This document shows, piece after piece, positions 18,043-27,841 of a stretch of DNA of 64,000 bases (positions are counted from its first letter, which is position 1; each line of letters begins with the position of its first letter). The position numbers and the translations under genes are program-made. The notes beneath the pieces were generated by a model, which saw only the letters and a program-made list of their open reading frames with translations, was not told where the DNA came from and did no database searches. The DNA comes from an uncultured virus (IMG/VR IMGVR_UViG_3300044732_000510) (taxonomy: Duplodnaviria > Heunggongvirae > Uroviricota > Caudoviricetes), in the IMG/VR virus record IMGVR_UViG_3300044732_000510; one strand, given 5' to 3'.

Positions 18043-18841
18043 ATTTATCATGCTTTCTGTTTAGAAAAACAGTAGCATTTTGATAAAGTAAATTGCAAAT
18101 TTTATTTAGATTCTGTTGACCCTGATAAGTTAATACATGTAATTGAGTGGTCTTGCAATTTTTAGGATTATATAATTTAGTTCTATTAAGTGCAAGACTA
18201 TTTATTAGAATATCTTGTACTTTAATTAAAAAATCTTTTGGTCCTACCATACTAAATAAATAATCTCCGGATTTTTTATTTACATAGATACAACCATCTC
18301 CATCAAAGTAACCCCTTATAAAGTGATGTTGTAATTTTTCTGGAACTGTTGAAGGAAATGTTAATGTTGTACCTTTATTTGGATAAAGACCGTGTTTAAA
18401 TAAGTCATTTACAAGTTCTGATGAGGTTATTGTAAGTTTAATTTGATTTTGTCTATTACCTGATTTATTAATTATTAATAAAGGTCCTGTGTATTTAAGA
18501 TGTATTTTAAATTTTTCTAAGATTTCCTTATCTTTATCTTGTAAAGATATTGATACAACTTTATTGGTTACATTACCATCTGCATATAGTAAACCTAGAT
18601 AATAAGCTTTTTCTTCACTATCAATTGTTCTGAAAAAGTTTTTATCATGAGTATATTTTGTTGCAGCTTCTGATAATGTTCTTAGTTGTGTTCCAGATTT
18701 TTTAATTATAGAATAAATAGTTTGTGGTGAACAGTTACACTGTTTTGCAAGAGTATAACATGATGCACCAGAAATATATTTAGCAATAATTTCTAGTTTT
18801 GACAAGGGTAGCTTATATCCTTTATTTTGTTTTATAACCAT
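18035..18841 (-). CDS. free-standing double-motif LAGLIDADG homing endonuclease with N-terminal HTH
   Basis: YYLGLLYADGNV and HFIRGYFDGDG motifs; antisense to the operon. Confidence 0.9.
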   Translation of the reverse strand: MVIKQNKGYKLPLSKLEIIAKYISGASCYTLAKQCNCSPQTIYSIIKKSGTQLRTLSEAATKYTHDKNFFRTIDSEEKAYYLGLLYADGNVTNKVVSISLQDKDKEILEKFKIHLKYTGPLLIINKSGNRQNQIKLTITSSELVNDLFKHGLYPNKGTTLTFPSTVPEKLQHHFIRGYFDGDGCIYVNKKSGDYLFSMVGPKDFLIKVQDILINSLALNRTKLYNPKNCKTTQLHVLTYQGQQNLNKICNLLYQNATVFLNRKHDKFY

Positions 18842-18845
18842 AGTA

Positions 18846-18877
18846 CAAATATAATACTATAATATGAATGTATTAAA
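18846..18877 (-). promoter_or_regulatory. Bacteroidota-type promoter for the LAGLIDADG gene
   Basis: Minus-strand TATATTTG at 18846-18853, with TTTA 20 nt upstream. Confidence 0.6.
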
Positions 18878-20054
18878 TAAAAATGAAAGTTTATCAAGAA
18901 CAGCAAAGAACTTGATGCTTTCCGAGCCCTTCTATGGGTTCTTTCTTATTGCTCTAAATAAAGTCTGGGATGCTAGAAGAGTTCCAACGGCAGGTGTGAG
19001 TAAGAATAATATTAATTATCAACTTGCTATTAATCCTGAGTTCTGGGAATCTCTTAGTGATAACCACAGACTTGGTTTACTTAAACATGAATTGCTACAT
19101 ATTGCATTTGGACATCTTACTACTTTCTTTAAGTTTAGTGATAAGAAACTTGCAAATGTTGCAATGGATATGGAGATCAATCAGTATATATCTAAAGACT
19201 GGCTACCGGAAGGTGGTATTGATATAGATAATTATGCTGACTTAAATCTTGATAGAAAAGCTGGTTGTAGATATTATTATGACAAACTGAAAGATCTTCA
19301 AGATGAGAAAGAAAAGAATGGTACTTGTGGTAATGAACCTATGGATCAGTTACTAGATGCTATGGCAAATGGTGAACTTGATGAACATGCTACCTGGGAA
19401 GAGTTTGAAGACATGACTGAGGCAGAACAGAAGTTAATTGATAAACAATTACAAAAAGTTCTAGGTGATGCTAAAGAACAGACAGAAAAGAAACGTGGTA
19501 CTGTTCCTGGAGAAATTGAAGGAGTGATCATCATTGAAGAAGTTGTTAAGCCTAAGTTTAATTGGAGAGGTTACATTAGAAGATTTACAGGTGTAAGTAC
19601 TAAGGTATTTACTAAGAAAATCAGGAGGAAAGAGAACCGCAGATTTGATGCTAATCCTGGTCTAAAAGTAAAAATGAGACAGCATATGTTGCTAGCTATT
19701 GATACTTCAGGATCTGTAAGTGATTCTGAGTTACAAGAATTCATGAGTGAGATATATCACATCTATAAATGTGGTGTTGATATTACTGTAGTACAGTGTG
19801 ATACTGTTATTAGATCTATTGAACCTTACAAAGGTAAGTTTGAAATGGCTGTGCAAGGTAGGGGAGGAACTGAGTTTGACCCTGTCCTAGAATATTTTAA
19901 TGCAAACACTAAAAAATATACAAGCCTGGTGTATTTTACTGACGGTGAGTGTGGTTATTCTGTAAAACCTAGAGGTAACACTCTATGGGTTTTGTCAGAA
20001 AGGTCTTATATGAATACAGACCTTCCCGGAAAAGTGATTAGATTAGAGTTATAA
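18864..20054 (+). CDS. DUF2201-type metallopeptidase-like domain plus C-terminal vWA domain
   Basis: LKHELLH, NVAMDMEINQ; MIDAS IDTSGS; GRGGTEF; YFTDG. Confidence 0.88.
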   Translation: MNVLNKNESLSRTAKNLMLSEPFYGFFLIALNKVWDARRVPTAGVSKNNINYQLAINPEFWESLSDNHRLGLLKHELLHIAFGHLTTFFKFSDKKLANVAMDMEINQYISKDWLPEGGIDIDNYADLNLDRKAGCRYYYDKLKDLQDEKEKNGTCGNEPMDQLLDAMANGELDEHATWEEFEDMTEAEQKLIDKQLQKVLGDAKEQTEKKRGTVPGEIEGVIIIEEVVKPKFNWRGYIRRFTGVSTKVFTKKIRRKENRRFDANPGLKVKMRQHMLLAIDTSGSVSDSELQEFMSEIYHIYKCGVDITVVQCDTVIRSIEPYKGKFEMAVQGRGGTEFDPVLEYFNANTKKYTSLVYFTDGECGYSVKPRGNTLWVLSERSYMNTDLPGKVIRLEL

Positions 20055-20073
20055 AAAATTAAAAAAAAGAGTT

Positions 20074-21243
20074 ATGAATCAAGTACAATTGAATGTAAAT
20101 GAGTTAAAGGATTTTATTAAACATATGGTTAGTAATAACCAACATATCCAAGCTGAAGGTAAAGTACCTGTAGCTGTAAATATTGAGGGTGATGCTGGTT
20201 TGGGTAAAACTTCTGCAATCATGCAGTTGGGTAAAGAGTTAAAAATGGAAGTTGTAAAGCTTAATTTATCTCAGTTAGAAGAATTAGGTGACTTGGTAGG
20301 TTTTCCTGTAAAAGAATTTCAAATTGCAAATGCTGAAGGTCAGACAAGATGGATTAATGAATCTCAGATATCTGCAGCAAGTGCTAAAGGTTATAAAGTT
20401 GTAGGAAAGAGAATGTCACATGCTGCTCCTGAATGGATTCAGGGTAAAGGTGAAGGTGGTTTCTTGATTCTTGATGATTACACCAGAGCTGATGCAAGAT
20501 TTATGCAAGCAACCATGGAGATATTAGATAGACAAGAATATGTATCTTGGAAGCTACCAAAGAACTGGCATGTTATATTGACTACTAATCCAGACAATGG
20601 TGATTATAATGTAACCAGTCTAGATGTAGCTCAGAAGACTAGATTTATCTCTGTTGAGTTAAAGTATGATTCTGATGTATGGGCTAAGTGGGCAGAGAAA
20701 GCAAACATAGATGGTAGATGTATTAACTTCATGTTGATGCACCCAGAATTGGTAACTCAAAGAGTTAATCCAAGAGCTATTACTACTTTCTTCAATGCTA
20801 TTAGTTCTATTGAGAAGTTTGAAGCAGACCTGCCTCTAATCCAAATGATTGGTGAAGGTTCTGTTGGTGTAGACTTTAGTTCAATGTTTACTATGTTCAT
20901 TAATAATAAGCTGGATAGGATTATTTCTCCAGTAGACATCCTGACTAAAGATGAGCAGTATGTAATGAATAGCTTAACCAATGCTGTTGGTAAGGATGAT
21001 GACTTCCGGGCTGACATATCTAGTGTTATTGCTACCAGGGTGATTAACTATTCTCTTACTTTGGCTGACAAAGGTTCAGTAGGTAAACCAATCATTGACA
21101 GGATAGCTAAACTTACTACTGACTGTGAAGCATTCACTGATGACCTTAGATACTACATGGTCAAAGAGATTGTTAACGGTAATAAAGTTAAGTTCTCTCA
21201 GCTCATGATGAATCAGGACGTGGTGAAGATGGCTGTCAAGTAA
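20074..21243 (+). CDS. MoxR-like AAA+ ATPase
   Basis: GDAGLGKT, LILDDYTRA, TTNP, LDVAQKTRF; adjacent to the vWA partner. Confidence 0.85.
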   Translation: MNQVQLNVNELKDFIKHMVSNNQHIQAEGKVPVAVNIEGDAGLGKTSAIMQLGKELKMEVVKLNLSQLEELGDLVGFPVKEFQIANAEGQTRWINESQISAASAKGYKVVGKRMSHAAPEWIQGKGEGGFLILDDYTRADARFMQATMEILDRQEYVSWKLPKNWHVILTTNPDNGDYNVTSLDVAQKTRFISVELKYDSDVWAKWAEKANIDGRCINFMLMHPELVTQRVNPRAITTFFNAISSIEKFEADLPLIQMIGEGSVGVDFSSMFTMFINNKLDRIISPVDILTKDEQYVMNSLTNAVGKDDDFRADISSVIATRVINYSLTLADKGSVGKPIIDRIAKLTTDCEAFTDDLRYYMVKEIVNGNKVKFSQLMMNQDVVKMAVK

Positions 21244-21301
21244 AGCAAACATCAAGCAGTTCCCCACCAAAAGGAACTTAGAATTTAATTAAAATAAACA
21301 T

Positions 21302-21326
21302 AGGGGGAGATAAAACTCCCCTTATT
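21302..21326 (+). terminator. probable intrinsic terminator
   Basis: GGGGAG-ATAAAA-CTCCCC stem with a short T tail. Confidence 0.55.
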
Positions 21327-21338
21327 AAACTTAAAAGA

Positions 21339-22685
21339 ATGAAAACATACTTACATATTTATGAAGTAGATGCAGATGACAATGAGCTAATCATAAAGGT
21401 TGAACCTTTATATTGTGCCGATGGTAAAGCAGATATAATAACTGCAACTGATAAAGATTACACCCCTTCAAAAGGAGATAAGCTTTATTTTCTACCGGGG
21501 GTTAATATTCCCAGAGTAAAACTAAAAGACTTGTCTTTGCAACATGGTATTAAAACTACTAGAAATATAAATGATGCTACACATATCTTTGCTGGTAAGA
21601 ACACTAAAGATAAGATAACAAGTGGAGCTTGGTATTATTCTATAAATACTTCTGCTCTTAGAGGAATTCTTCTAGACCCTGAACTAGTTATGGATGACTA
21701 TTATAAAGAAAATCTTATACAAGCTTTAGAATTTTATACTGAAGATGTGGTTATTTTAGATTATTCTGCAGCTGGTCAACTTAGAAATTCAGAATTAGCA
21801 TTTGTAAAAAGATATAGTTATAGTAATATTTCTAGACACTCTAGTGTATATTATTCAGTAGACAGTGATCACACAGATTTATTCCCAGATATCTTAACCC
21901 TGGATATTTATGATGAAAGTAAGTTAATTAAACACATTAATGGTGAAGATGCTGCTACTATAGATGCAACTATGTTCCAACAGATTTCTGACATGTTTAA
22001 GAGCTCAGATTCAGACAATCATGTACTTGCAATGGAGATTATGGCTAATTGTAATTATATAGATAGCTTATTGTATCTTGAGATGTTATTCAAGGATCAT
22101 GCTAACAAAATGTATAACTGTCATACTAAGAACCATGTGAATTTCAAGTCTTTACTTAGTTATCTAGGTAAATGTAAAACCAACATGGATACAAGTGTAG
22201 ATAATATAATGCAGTCTCTTATTAACAAAGATGTCCTTGATACAGATAAAATAGATGTTCTTATGAAGCATTATTCTGATGAACTTGGTAGAAGAGGAAA
22301 CAGTACATTTTTCAAAGTAAAAAGTGTAACTGTTAATGAAGAAACTCTGCAGTTACTTAATACTAACTATGTTTATGAAGAGCTCCCAGATTTTGTTCCT
22401 GAAGGTGATATAGAGGTACCTGAAATACATGGAGACCTTGCTGATCTTAATTCTCTTGAGGATAACTCTCCAGGGGTGGCTAGGGTGGCTAATGACATTG
22501 AAATATCTGATGAAGACATAGAAGATGCATTTACTAATATTGTTAGAAATGAACTTAAGTCAGAGTTAATAGCATTAGAAGAGGAAATTCCGGAGCCTGA
22601 AATAGAGCCAAATAAAGGGTCAATAGAAGAGACAGATAATAATCAAACAACACAAACTAAAGATGATGACTTTGAATGGTTCTGA
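21339..22685 (+). CDS. hypothetical protein with possible BRCT-like N-terminal domain and long acidic tail
   Basis: KGDKLYFLPGVNIPRVKLKDL..GIKTTRNINDATHIF resembles BRCT; ends DDDFEWF. Confidence 0.6.
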   Translation: MKTYLHIYEVDADDNELIIKVEPLYCADGKADIITATDKDYTPSKGDKLYFLPGVNIPRVKLKDLSLQHGIKTTRNINDATHIFAGKNTKDKITSGAWYYSINTSALRGILLDPELVMDDYYKENLIQALEFYTEDVVILDYSAAGQLRNSELAFVKRYSYSNISRHSSVYYSVDSDHTDLFPDILTLDIYDESKLIKHINGEDAATIDATMFQQISDMFKSSDSDNHVLAMEIMANCNYIDSLLYLEMLFKDHANKMYNCHTKNHVNFKSLLSYLGKCKTNMDTSVDNIMQSLINKDVLDTDKIDVLMKHYSDELGRRGNSTFFKVKSVTVNEETLQLLNTNYVYEELPDFVPEGDIEVPEIHGDLADLNSLEDNSPGVARVANDIEISDEDIEDAFTNIVRNELKSELIALEEEIPEPEIEPNKGSIEETDNNQTTQTKDDDFEWF

Positions 22686-23676
22686 TGAGATGGAAAAATT
22701 CTATCAGAAGAAATTTTATTTTAGCTATAGTGGGTTGAATAAGCTACTTTATTCACCCGCTATGTTTTACAATCATTATGTGCTCAACCAGCGGGAAGAC
22801 AGTAAGGATGCTCACCTTGTAGGAGGGAGCGTCCTGCACTGTTTACTCTTTGAGCCAGAAGCATATAATGATAAATTTATTAGCATGCCTGGGAAACTAC
22901 CCAGTGAAAACCCAAAGAAAATTATTGATAATATTTTTAGAATTCATCTTGGATATGGAAATAATTCATTACTTTTGGAAGACTACTCACAAGATATACT
23001 CACACAGCTACTCACAGCAAATCTTTATCAGAATCTTAAAACAGATCAGCAAAGACTTGACAAGATTCTTACTGATGACCACAAAGAGTATTTTGAATTC
23101 CTTAAAGAAAGTCTAGACAAATCAATAGTGGATCAACCTACTTTGGATGGCTGCAAAGCACAGGTAGAGATACTAAAGAGTAATAGTGATGTGAGAACAC
23201 TATTAGCACTAGATATCAGTGAGGAAGACACACACATTGAAACCTATAATGAGTTGCATATTAAGGTTGACCATAACAAATTACCTTTTGGTTTTCACGG
23301 AATTCTTGACAATGTTGTAGTTGATACTGAGGCAAAGGTGATATTCATCAATGACCTCAAAACTACTGGCAAGTCAATTCAGGATTTCCCGGAAGCTGTT
23401 GAGTACTACAAGTATTGGATACAAGCTGTTATCTATACTATTCTAGCTTCAGATAAGTTCTTGAAAGACAGACCAGATGCTAGAGATTGGCAAGTTCAAG
23501 TAACTTTTATTGTAATTGACAAATACAATTTAGTTTATCCTTTCCAAGTCTCTACAGAAACAATGAGCAAGTGGAAGGGTGATTTCAAATCTGTTATACA
23601 AATAGCCCAGTGGCATTATACACAGAAGAGATATGACTTACCATTTGATCTTGCAGTTGGTAATATTAAATTGTAG
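22663..23676 (+). CDS. PD-(D/E)XK exonuclease (RecE/DUF3799-like)
   Basis: FSYSGL, GSVLHCLL, HGILD, INDLKTT, YWIQAVIY. Confidence 0.85.
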   Translation: MMTLNGSDEMEKFYQKKFYFSYSGLNKLLYSPAMFYNHYVLNQREDSKDAHLVGGSVLHCLLFEPEAYNDKFISMPGKLPSENPKKIIDNIFRIHLGYGNNSLLLEDYSQDILTQLLTANLYQNLKTDQQRLDKILTDDHKEYFEFLKESLDKSIVDQPTLDGCKAQVEILKSNSDVRTLLALDISEEDTHIETYNELHIKVDHNKLPFGFHGILDNVVVDTEAKVIFINDLKTTGKSIQDFPEAVEYYKYWIQAVIYTILASDKFLKDRPDARDWQVQVTFIVIDKYNLVYPFQVSTETMSKWKGDFKSVIQIAQWHYTQKRYDLPFDLAVGNIKL

Positions 23677-23681
23677 AACTT

Positions 23682-24251
23682 ATGGTTATTAATGCGCTTT
23701 ATAAGAAGTACTTTCAGAAGTCCAAGATATTTTTATATCCGCTCTTGGACATTAAAAGGGGCACAAGTGTGATTCCAGAAGAAACCTATCTAGGTTGGAA
23801 TAACACTGTCACTCCTGAGGATATGAAGTTAATATGTGTATATCACACAAGAACAGATGTTGAGTATGTTAACTTTGAAAAGAATGTTTTACTTAAACAC
23901 TCTAGACTTTGTGACTATATATCTGCCGGTGATAAAAGCATATTTACATTTGATTTTTCTGATTTAGAATACAACTGGTTCCATATAGTCTATGGAAGAT
24001 ACAGTAAGTTAAATTATGATATAAAGCGTAAGGTATTAAACTTCTTTGACCCAAAGTCTGGTAACTATATTTATGTAGCCAGCTATCTCTTTCCTGAAAA
24101 ACACTTTCAAACATATGCAAATTTGCTGGATGTGAATGTTGAACTACTAAAAGAAGTAGGTGAGTTGTGTGATAAACCAGACTTAAACAAAGAAAATTTA
24201 GTATTGGAAGTTGCAGACTTGGAAAATATAGAAAAAACAGTAAATTTGTAA
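23682..24251 (+). CDS. hypothetical protein
   Basis: 189-aa ORF following the exonuclease. Confidence 0.7.
   Translation: MVINALYKKYFQKSKIFLYPLLDIKRGTSVIPEETYLGWNNTVTPEDMKLICVYHTRTDVEYVNFEKNVLLKHSRLCDYISAGDKSIFTFDFSDLEYNWFHIVYGRYSKLNYDIKRKVLNFFDPKSGNYIYVASYLFPEKHFQTYANLLDVNVELLKEVGELCDKPDLNKENLVLEVADLENIEKTVNL
24218..24248 (+). promoter_or_regulatory. Bacteroidota-type promoter
   Basis: CTTG (24218-24221), 19 nt, TAAATTTG (24241-24248), upstream of ATG 24272. Confidence 0.55.
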
Positions 24252-24271
24252 AAAATTAAACCAACAAAAAA

Positions 24272-24625
24272 ATGAGTGAAAACACAATGATGCTTGTACA
24301 ATCCACATGGAATGACAAGCAAACTTTCAGAATGATTCCTATTACTGAGTCTTGTCCTTATGTAGAGTGTATCATGGACCCAGATACTAAGGTATTTGTA
24401 GTGATTTCTAAGATTAGAAAAGTATCATTACATATGTTACCAAAAGTTGATGATTATGGGCAGCCTGTTACTGGTACAAAAGGTATGAAACAAGAGAGAC
24501 ACAAAATTGAAGTGTTTCAGGAGTTTTATGTAGAAGACAAGGATGCAATAGATGAAGTTATCAAACTATTTGCAGTTAATGCTAAAAAGTTTGACTATAA
24601 GAAGTTTATGGCTGAGCAAGCTTAA
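24272..24625 (+). CDS. hypothetical protein
   Basis: 117-aa ORF with its own predicted promoter and terminator. Confidence 0.75.
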   Translation: MSENTMMLVQSTWNDKQTFRMIPITESCPYVECIMDPDTKVFVVISKIRKVSLHMLPKVDDYGQPVTGTKGMKQERHKIEVFQEFYVEDKDAIDEVIKLFAVNAKKFDYKKFMAEQA

Positions 24626-24643
24626 ACAATACCAAAAAACCAG

Positions 24644-24679
24644 AAAGAGGGTGAGTACCAAACAGCACCCTCTTTTTTT
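24644..24679 (+). terminator. intrinsic terminator
   Basis: AAAGAGGGTG...CACCCTCTTT stem, then T-run. Confidence 0.75.
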
Positions 24680-24718
24680 ATTTAATTAAACGGGGGAACA
24701 GCTTAACTGAACTAAGGT

Positions 24719-26620
24719 ATGAGAACACATTATGTCATGGATTATGAAACATTATCCAATTGTTTTATAGCCTGCTTTGAAGATGTAAAGTCTGAACACA
24801 GAGAAGTATTTATCTGTCACAAATCACAAAATGATATACTAGAACTAGTAACATTCCTTGAGAGAAATATAACTCTTGAAGAATGGCATGTTAGCTTTAA
24901 TGGTCTTGCATTTGACAGCCAGATTACTGAACATATTCTCCGGAATAAAGAACAGTTACTGGAACAGGATGGTGAGACTATTGCTAGGTTTATATACCAG
25001 AAAGCACAAGCTACTATACAAAGAAGTAATGCAGGAGAGTTTGCTGAATTTGGTTCTAGAGACTTACAGATTAGGCAGATAGATGTATTTAAACTTAATC
25101 ACTGGGATAACCCAGCTAAGAGATCTAGCCTGAAGTGGATTCAGTATAGCATGGATTGGAAGAACATAAAAGATATGCCTATTCCTCACTATACTGAAGT
25201 TACAGAAGGTCAAATAGCATCTATAGTAAACTATTGTATTAATGATGTCCGGTCTACTAAGCAAATCATGAGCTTGAGTAAGGGTCAGATTGAGTTGAGA
25301 AGAGCACTAACCATGGAATATGGTATTGATTTATTCTCAGCCTCTGAACCTAGGATAGCTAAAGAATTGTTTTTGCATTTCTTAAGTAAACAAACTGGTA
25401 TCAAGAAGTATGATCTCCGTCAGATGAGAACCCAAAGAAACCAGATTGTTGTAAAAGATATCATACTACCTTATATAAGTTTTGAGACAGCAACATTCCA
25501 GCATCTCCTTAAGAAGTTCCAGGATGTGGTTATCCACACTGGTGAAACAAAAGGAGGCTTTAAATATTCTGTACAATATAAGGGAGTTAAGACAGACTAT
25601 GGTCTTGGTGGTATTCATGGTGCTAGAACTAGTAGGGTGTATAATGCAACAGAAGACATGGTTATCATGACTTCAGATGTTACAAGTTTTTATCCTAATC
25701 TAGCTATTAGAAACAGATGGGCTCCGGCACATTTACCACAAGATGAATTCTGTACACAGTATGAATGGTTCTTTGATGAGAGAAAGGTTATACCTAAGAA
25801 AGATCCAAAGAACTATGTATATAAGATTATCTTAAACTCTACTTATGGTCTCAGCAATGATGAGAACAGTTTCCTGTATGACCCAGAGTTTACTATGAGG
25901 ATTACTATTAATGGTCAGCTTAGCCTTACTATGTTGTATGAGATGATTTGTGAAGGTATACCCGGATCTATTCCACTAATGCAAAATACAGATGGTTTGG
26001 AAACTATGATACCTAGGGACCAGATGGACAAGTATATGGAGATCTGCAAGATATGGGAGAAGATGACAAGTCTTCAACTAGAGCATGATACATATAGTAA
26101 ACTAGTACTGGGTGATGTAAATAATTACATTGCTGTTACTGAAGATGGTAAGTCTAAATGTAAAGGTAGATTTGAGTTTGCAGACCTAGCACTGCACAAA
26201 AACAAAAGTTTTTTAGTTATACCTAAAGCTTTACATGCATACTTTGTAGAAGGTATCCAGCCTGAAGACTATCTTAAATCCAACAGAAATATCTTTGATT
26301 ATTGTGGAGGCAAGAAGATTAAGGGAGATTGGAAATATGTAGAGAGATGTATTAAGAATGGTGTGTATAGGGAAAAAGAACTACAACACACCTTAAGATA
26401 TTATGTATGTAATACAGGATCTAAGATCATGAAGATCAATAAGTCTGATGGTAGAGAAATAAACATTGAGGCCGGTAAATGGCTACAGCAAATTTATATC
26501 AATCACATAGATGACATGGACTTTGATGAGTATGAGATTAACTACAAATACTATCTGGAAAATATAAAAAAAGAAATAGAAGGTTTAGAACCAAATGTAA
26601 ACCAATTAAGTTTATTTTAA
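24719..26620 (+). CDS. polB: DNA polymerase family B with 3'-5' exonuclease
   Basis: ExoI DYE, ExoII FNGLAFD, ExoIII YCINDV; motif A DVTSFYPN, motif B KIILNSTYG, motif C NTDG. Confidence 0.93.
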   Translation: MRTHYVMDYETLSNCFIACFEDVKSEHREVFICHKSQNDILELVTFLERNITLEEWHVSFNGLAFDSQITEHILRNKEQLLEQDGETIARFIYQKAQATIQRSNAGEFAEFGSRDLQIRQIDVFKLNHWDNPAKRSSLKWIQYSMDWKNIKDMPIPHYTEVTEGQIASIVNYCINDVRSTKQIMSLSKGQIELRRALTMEYGIDLFSASEPRIAKELFLHFLSKQTGIKKYDLRQMRTQRNQIVVKDIILPYISFETATFQHLLKKFQDVVIHTGETKGGFKYSVQYKGVKTDYGLGGIHGARTSRVYNATEDMVIMTSDVTSFYPNLAIRNRWAPAHLPQDEFCTQYEWFFDERKVIPKKDPKNYVYKIILNSTYGLSNDENSFLYDPEFTMRITINGQLSLTMLYEMICEGIPGSIPLMQNTDGLETMIPRDQMDKYMEICKIWEKMTSLQLEHDTYSKLVLGDVNNYIAVTEDGKSKCKGRFEFADLALHKNKSFLVIPKALHAYFVEGIQPEDYLKSNRNIFDYCGGKKIKGDWKYVERCIKNGVYREKELQHTLRYYVCNTGSKIMKINKSDGREINIEAGKWLQQIYINHIDDMDFDEYEINYKYYLENIKKEIEGLEPNVNQLSLF

Positions 26621-26621
26621 T

Positions 26622-27764
26622 ATGCCAAAGAAAATACAAAACACAACTAAAGCAAACTTAATAAGTGTACCACTGCCAAGTCATGGTGCTACTTATACTG
26701 TGATTAGTCACCAGTTTGTTATTGATTATGCTTATCAAGCCCTTGCTGCTGCAGGGTTTGGTATTGTAGATGAGGAGTACAGATGTACTGCTGACGGACA
26801 AATAGCTCAAGGAATTTATAAACTAAATTTTAATAATGACCCTGAGTTGTCAATGATGTTTGCATGGACAAACAGTTATAATAAACAAGTAAAGTTTAAA
26901 TGTGTAGTAGGTGCATATATAAACAACAGTGGATCTGTTATGATGTCTGGAGAAGTTGGTAGCTGGGTTAGAAAACACACAGGTACTGCAGATACAGAGA
27001 CAAAAGCCACTATTGATGACTATATCACTAATGCATATATGTATTATAATCAGCTATGTTCTGATAAAGTTGCTATGGAAGTAGTAAGCTTGAATAAAAG
27101 AAAGCAGTCTCAGTTATTAGGCGTGCTGTTTGCTGAATATGAGATACTTACTACTGAGCAAGCTAGTATGATTAGAGATCAAATGAAGAGACCGCAACAA
27201 GTATTCAAGAATACTGATAGTTTATGGGCCTTCTATAACTTTGTAACTAATGCATTACAGTCCTCACATCCAAGAACATGGATGGAGGACCAAAGAATCT
27301 TGCATTACTTTATAGGGACAATCTGTGATTTTAGTACACCACCTCAACCTGTAAGTGCACCAGTTAACAATTTAAGTACACCAGTTGAAGAAGAAGAGAT
27401 TGTAGATCCTTTATATGAAGATCCAAATCAAACTAATATTCTAGATCAGATTGCTGAAGCTGAAGCTGAAGAAAAGACATTTTCACAAATGGTGCAAGAA
27501 GACCCTGAAATGTTAGAGATTGTGCACCAGGTGGAAGAAATACTTGAAAGTCTTGATGAAGCTGAGGAAGATGTATTAAGTCTTGAACCTACTAAGGAAG
27601 ATCATATTCAATTTGAAGCAGAAGGTATAGTTAACTATACTGACACAGCAGGTAATACATTTGAAGCTCCTATAGTAATAGATGATTTTGCTGAAGAAGA
27701 TAATTTTGATTTAGACTTTACTGAAACTGAAGAAGAACCGGATAACACACCCGACTTTTTCTAA
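26622..27764 (+). CDS. DUF932-like protein with long acidic C-terminal tail
   Basis: YTVISH, WTNSYNK, RKHTG, SLWAFYNFVTNAL; last ~130 aa strongly D/E-rich. Confidence 0.6.
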   Translation: MPKKIQNTTKANLISVPLPSHGATYTVISHQFVIDYAYQALAAAGFGIVDEEYRCTADGQIAQGIYKLNFNNDPELSMMFAWTNSYNKQVKFKCVVGAYINNSGSVMMSGEVGSWVRKHTGTADTETKATIDDYITNAYMYYNQLCSDKVAMEVVSLNKRKQSQLLGVLFAEYEILTTEQASMIRDQMKRPQQVFKNTDSLWAFYNFVTNALQSSHPRTWMEDQRILHYFIGTICDFSTPPQPVSAPVNNLSTPVEEEEIVDPLYEDPNQTNILDQIAEAEAEEKTFSQMVQEDPEMLEIVHQVEEILESLDEAEEDVLSLEPTKEDHIQFEAEGIVNYTDTAGNTFEAPIVIDDFAEEDNFDLDFTETEEEPDNTPDFF

Positions 27765-27799
27765 GAACCTGTTTTGCTAAACAGGGTTAATAATCAATC

Positions 27800-27830
27800 A
27801 GGGGATGCAGAAATGTGTCCCCTTTTTTTT
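27800..27830 (+). terminator. intrinsic terminator
   Basis: GGGGATGCA-GAAA-TGTGTCCCC followed by T8. Confidence 0.85.
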
Positions 27831-27841
27831 AACTTTACAAC

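Noticed and set aside
18035..18841. Group I intron or intein around the LAGLIDADG gene
   Set aside because: ORF is antisense to the host operon, flanks leave no room for a ribozyme core, and the interrupted gene has a new start
22663..23676. Cas4 / CRISPR-associated nuclease
   Set aside because: No four-cysteine Fe-S pattern and no cas context; fits a phage RecE-like exonuclease
24719..26620. Intein or split in PolB
   Set aside because: All exonuclease and polymerase motifs are contiguous in 633 aa with no intein termini
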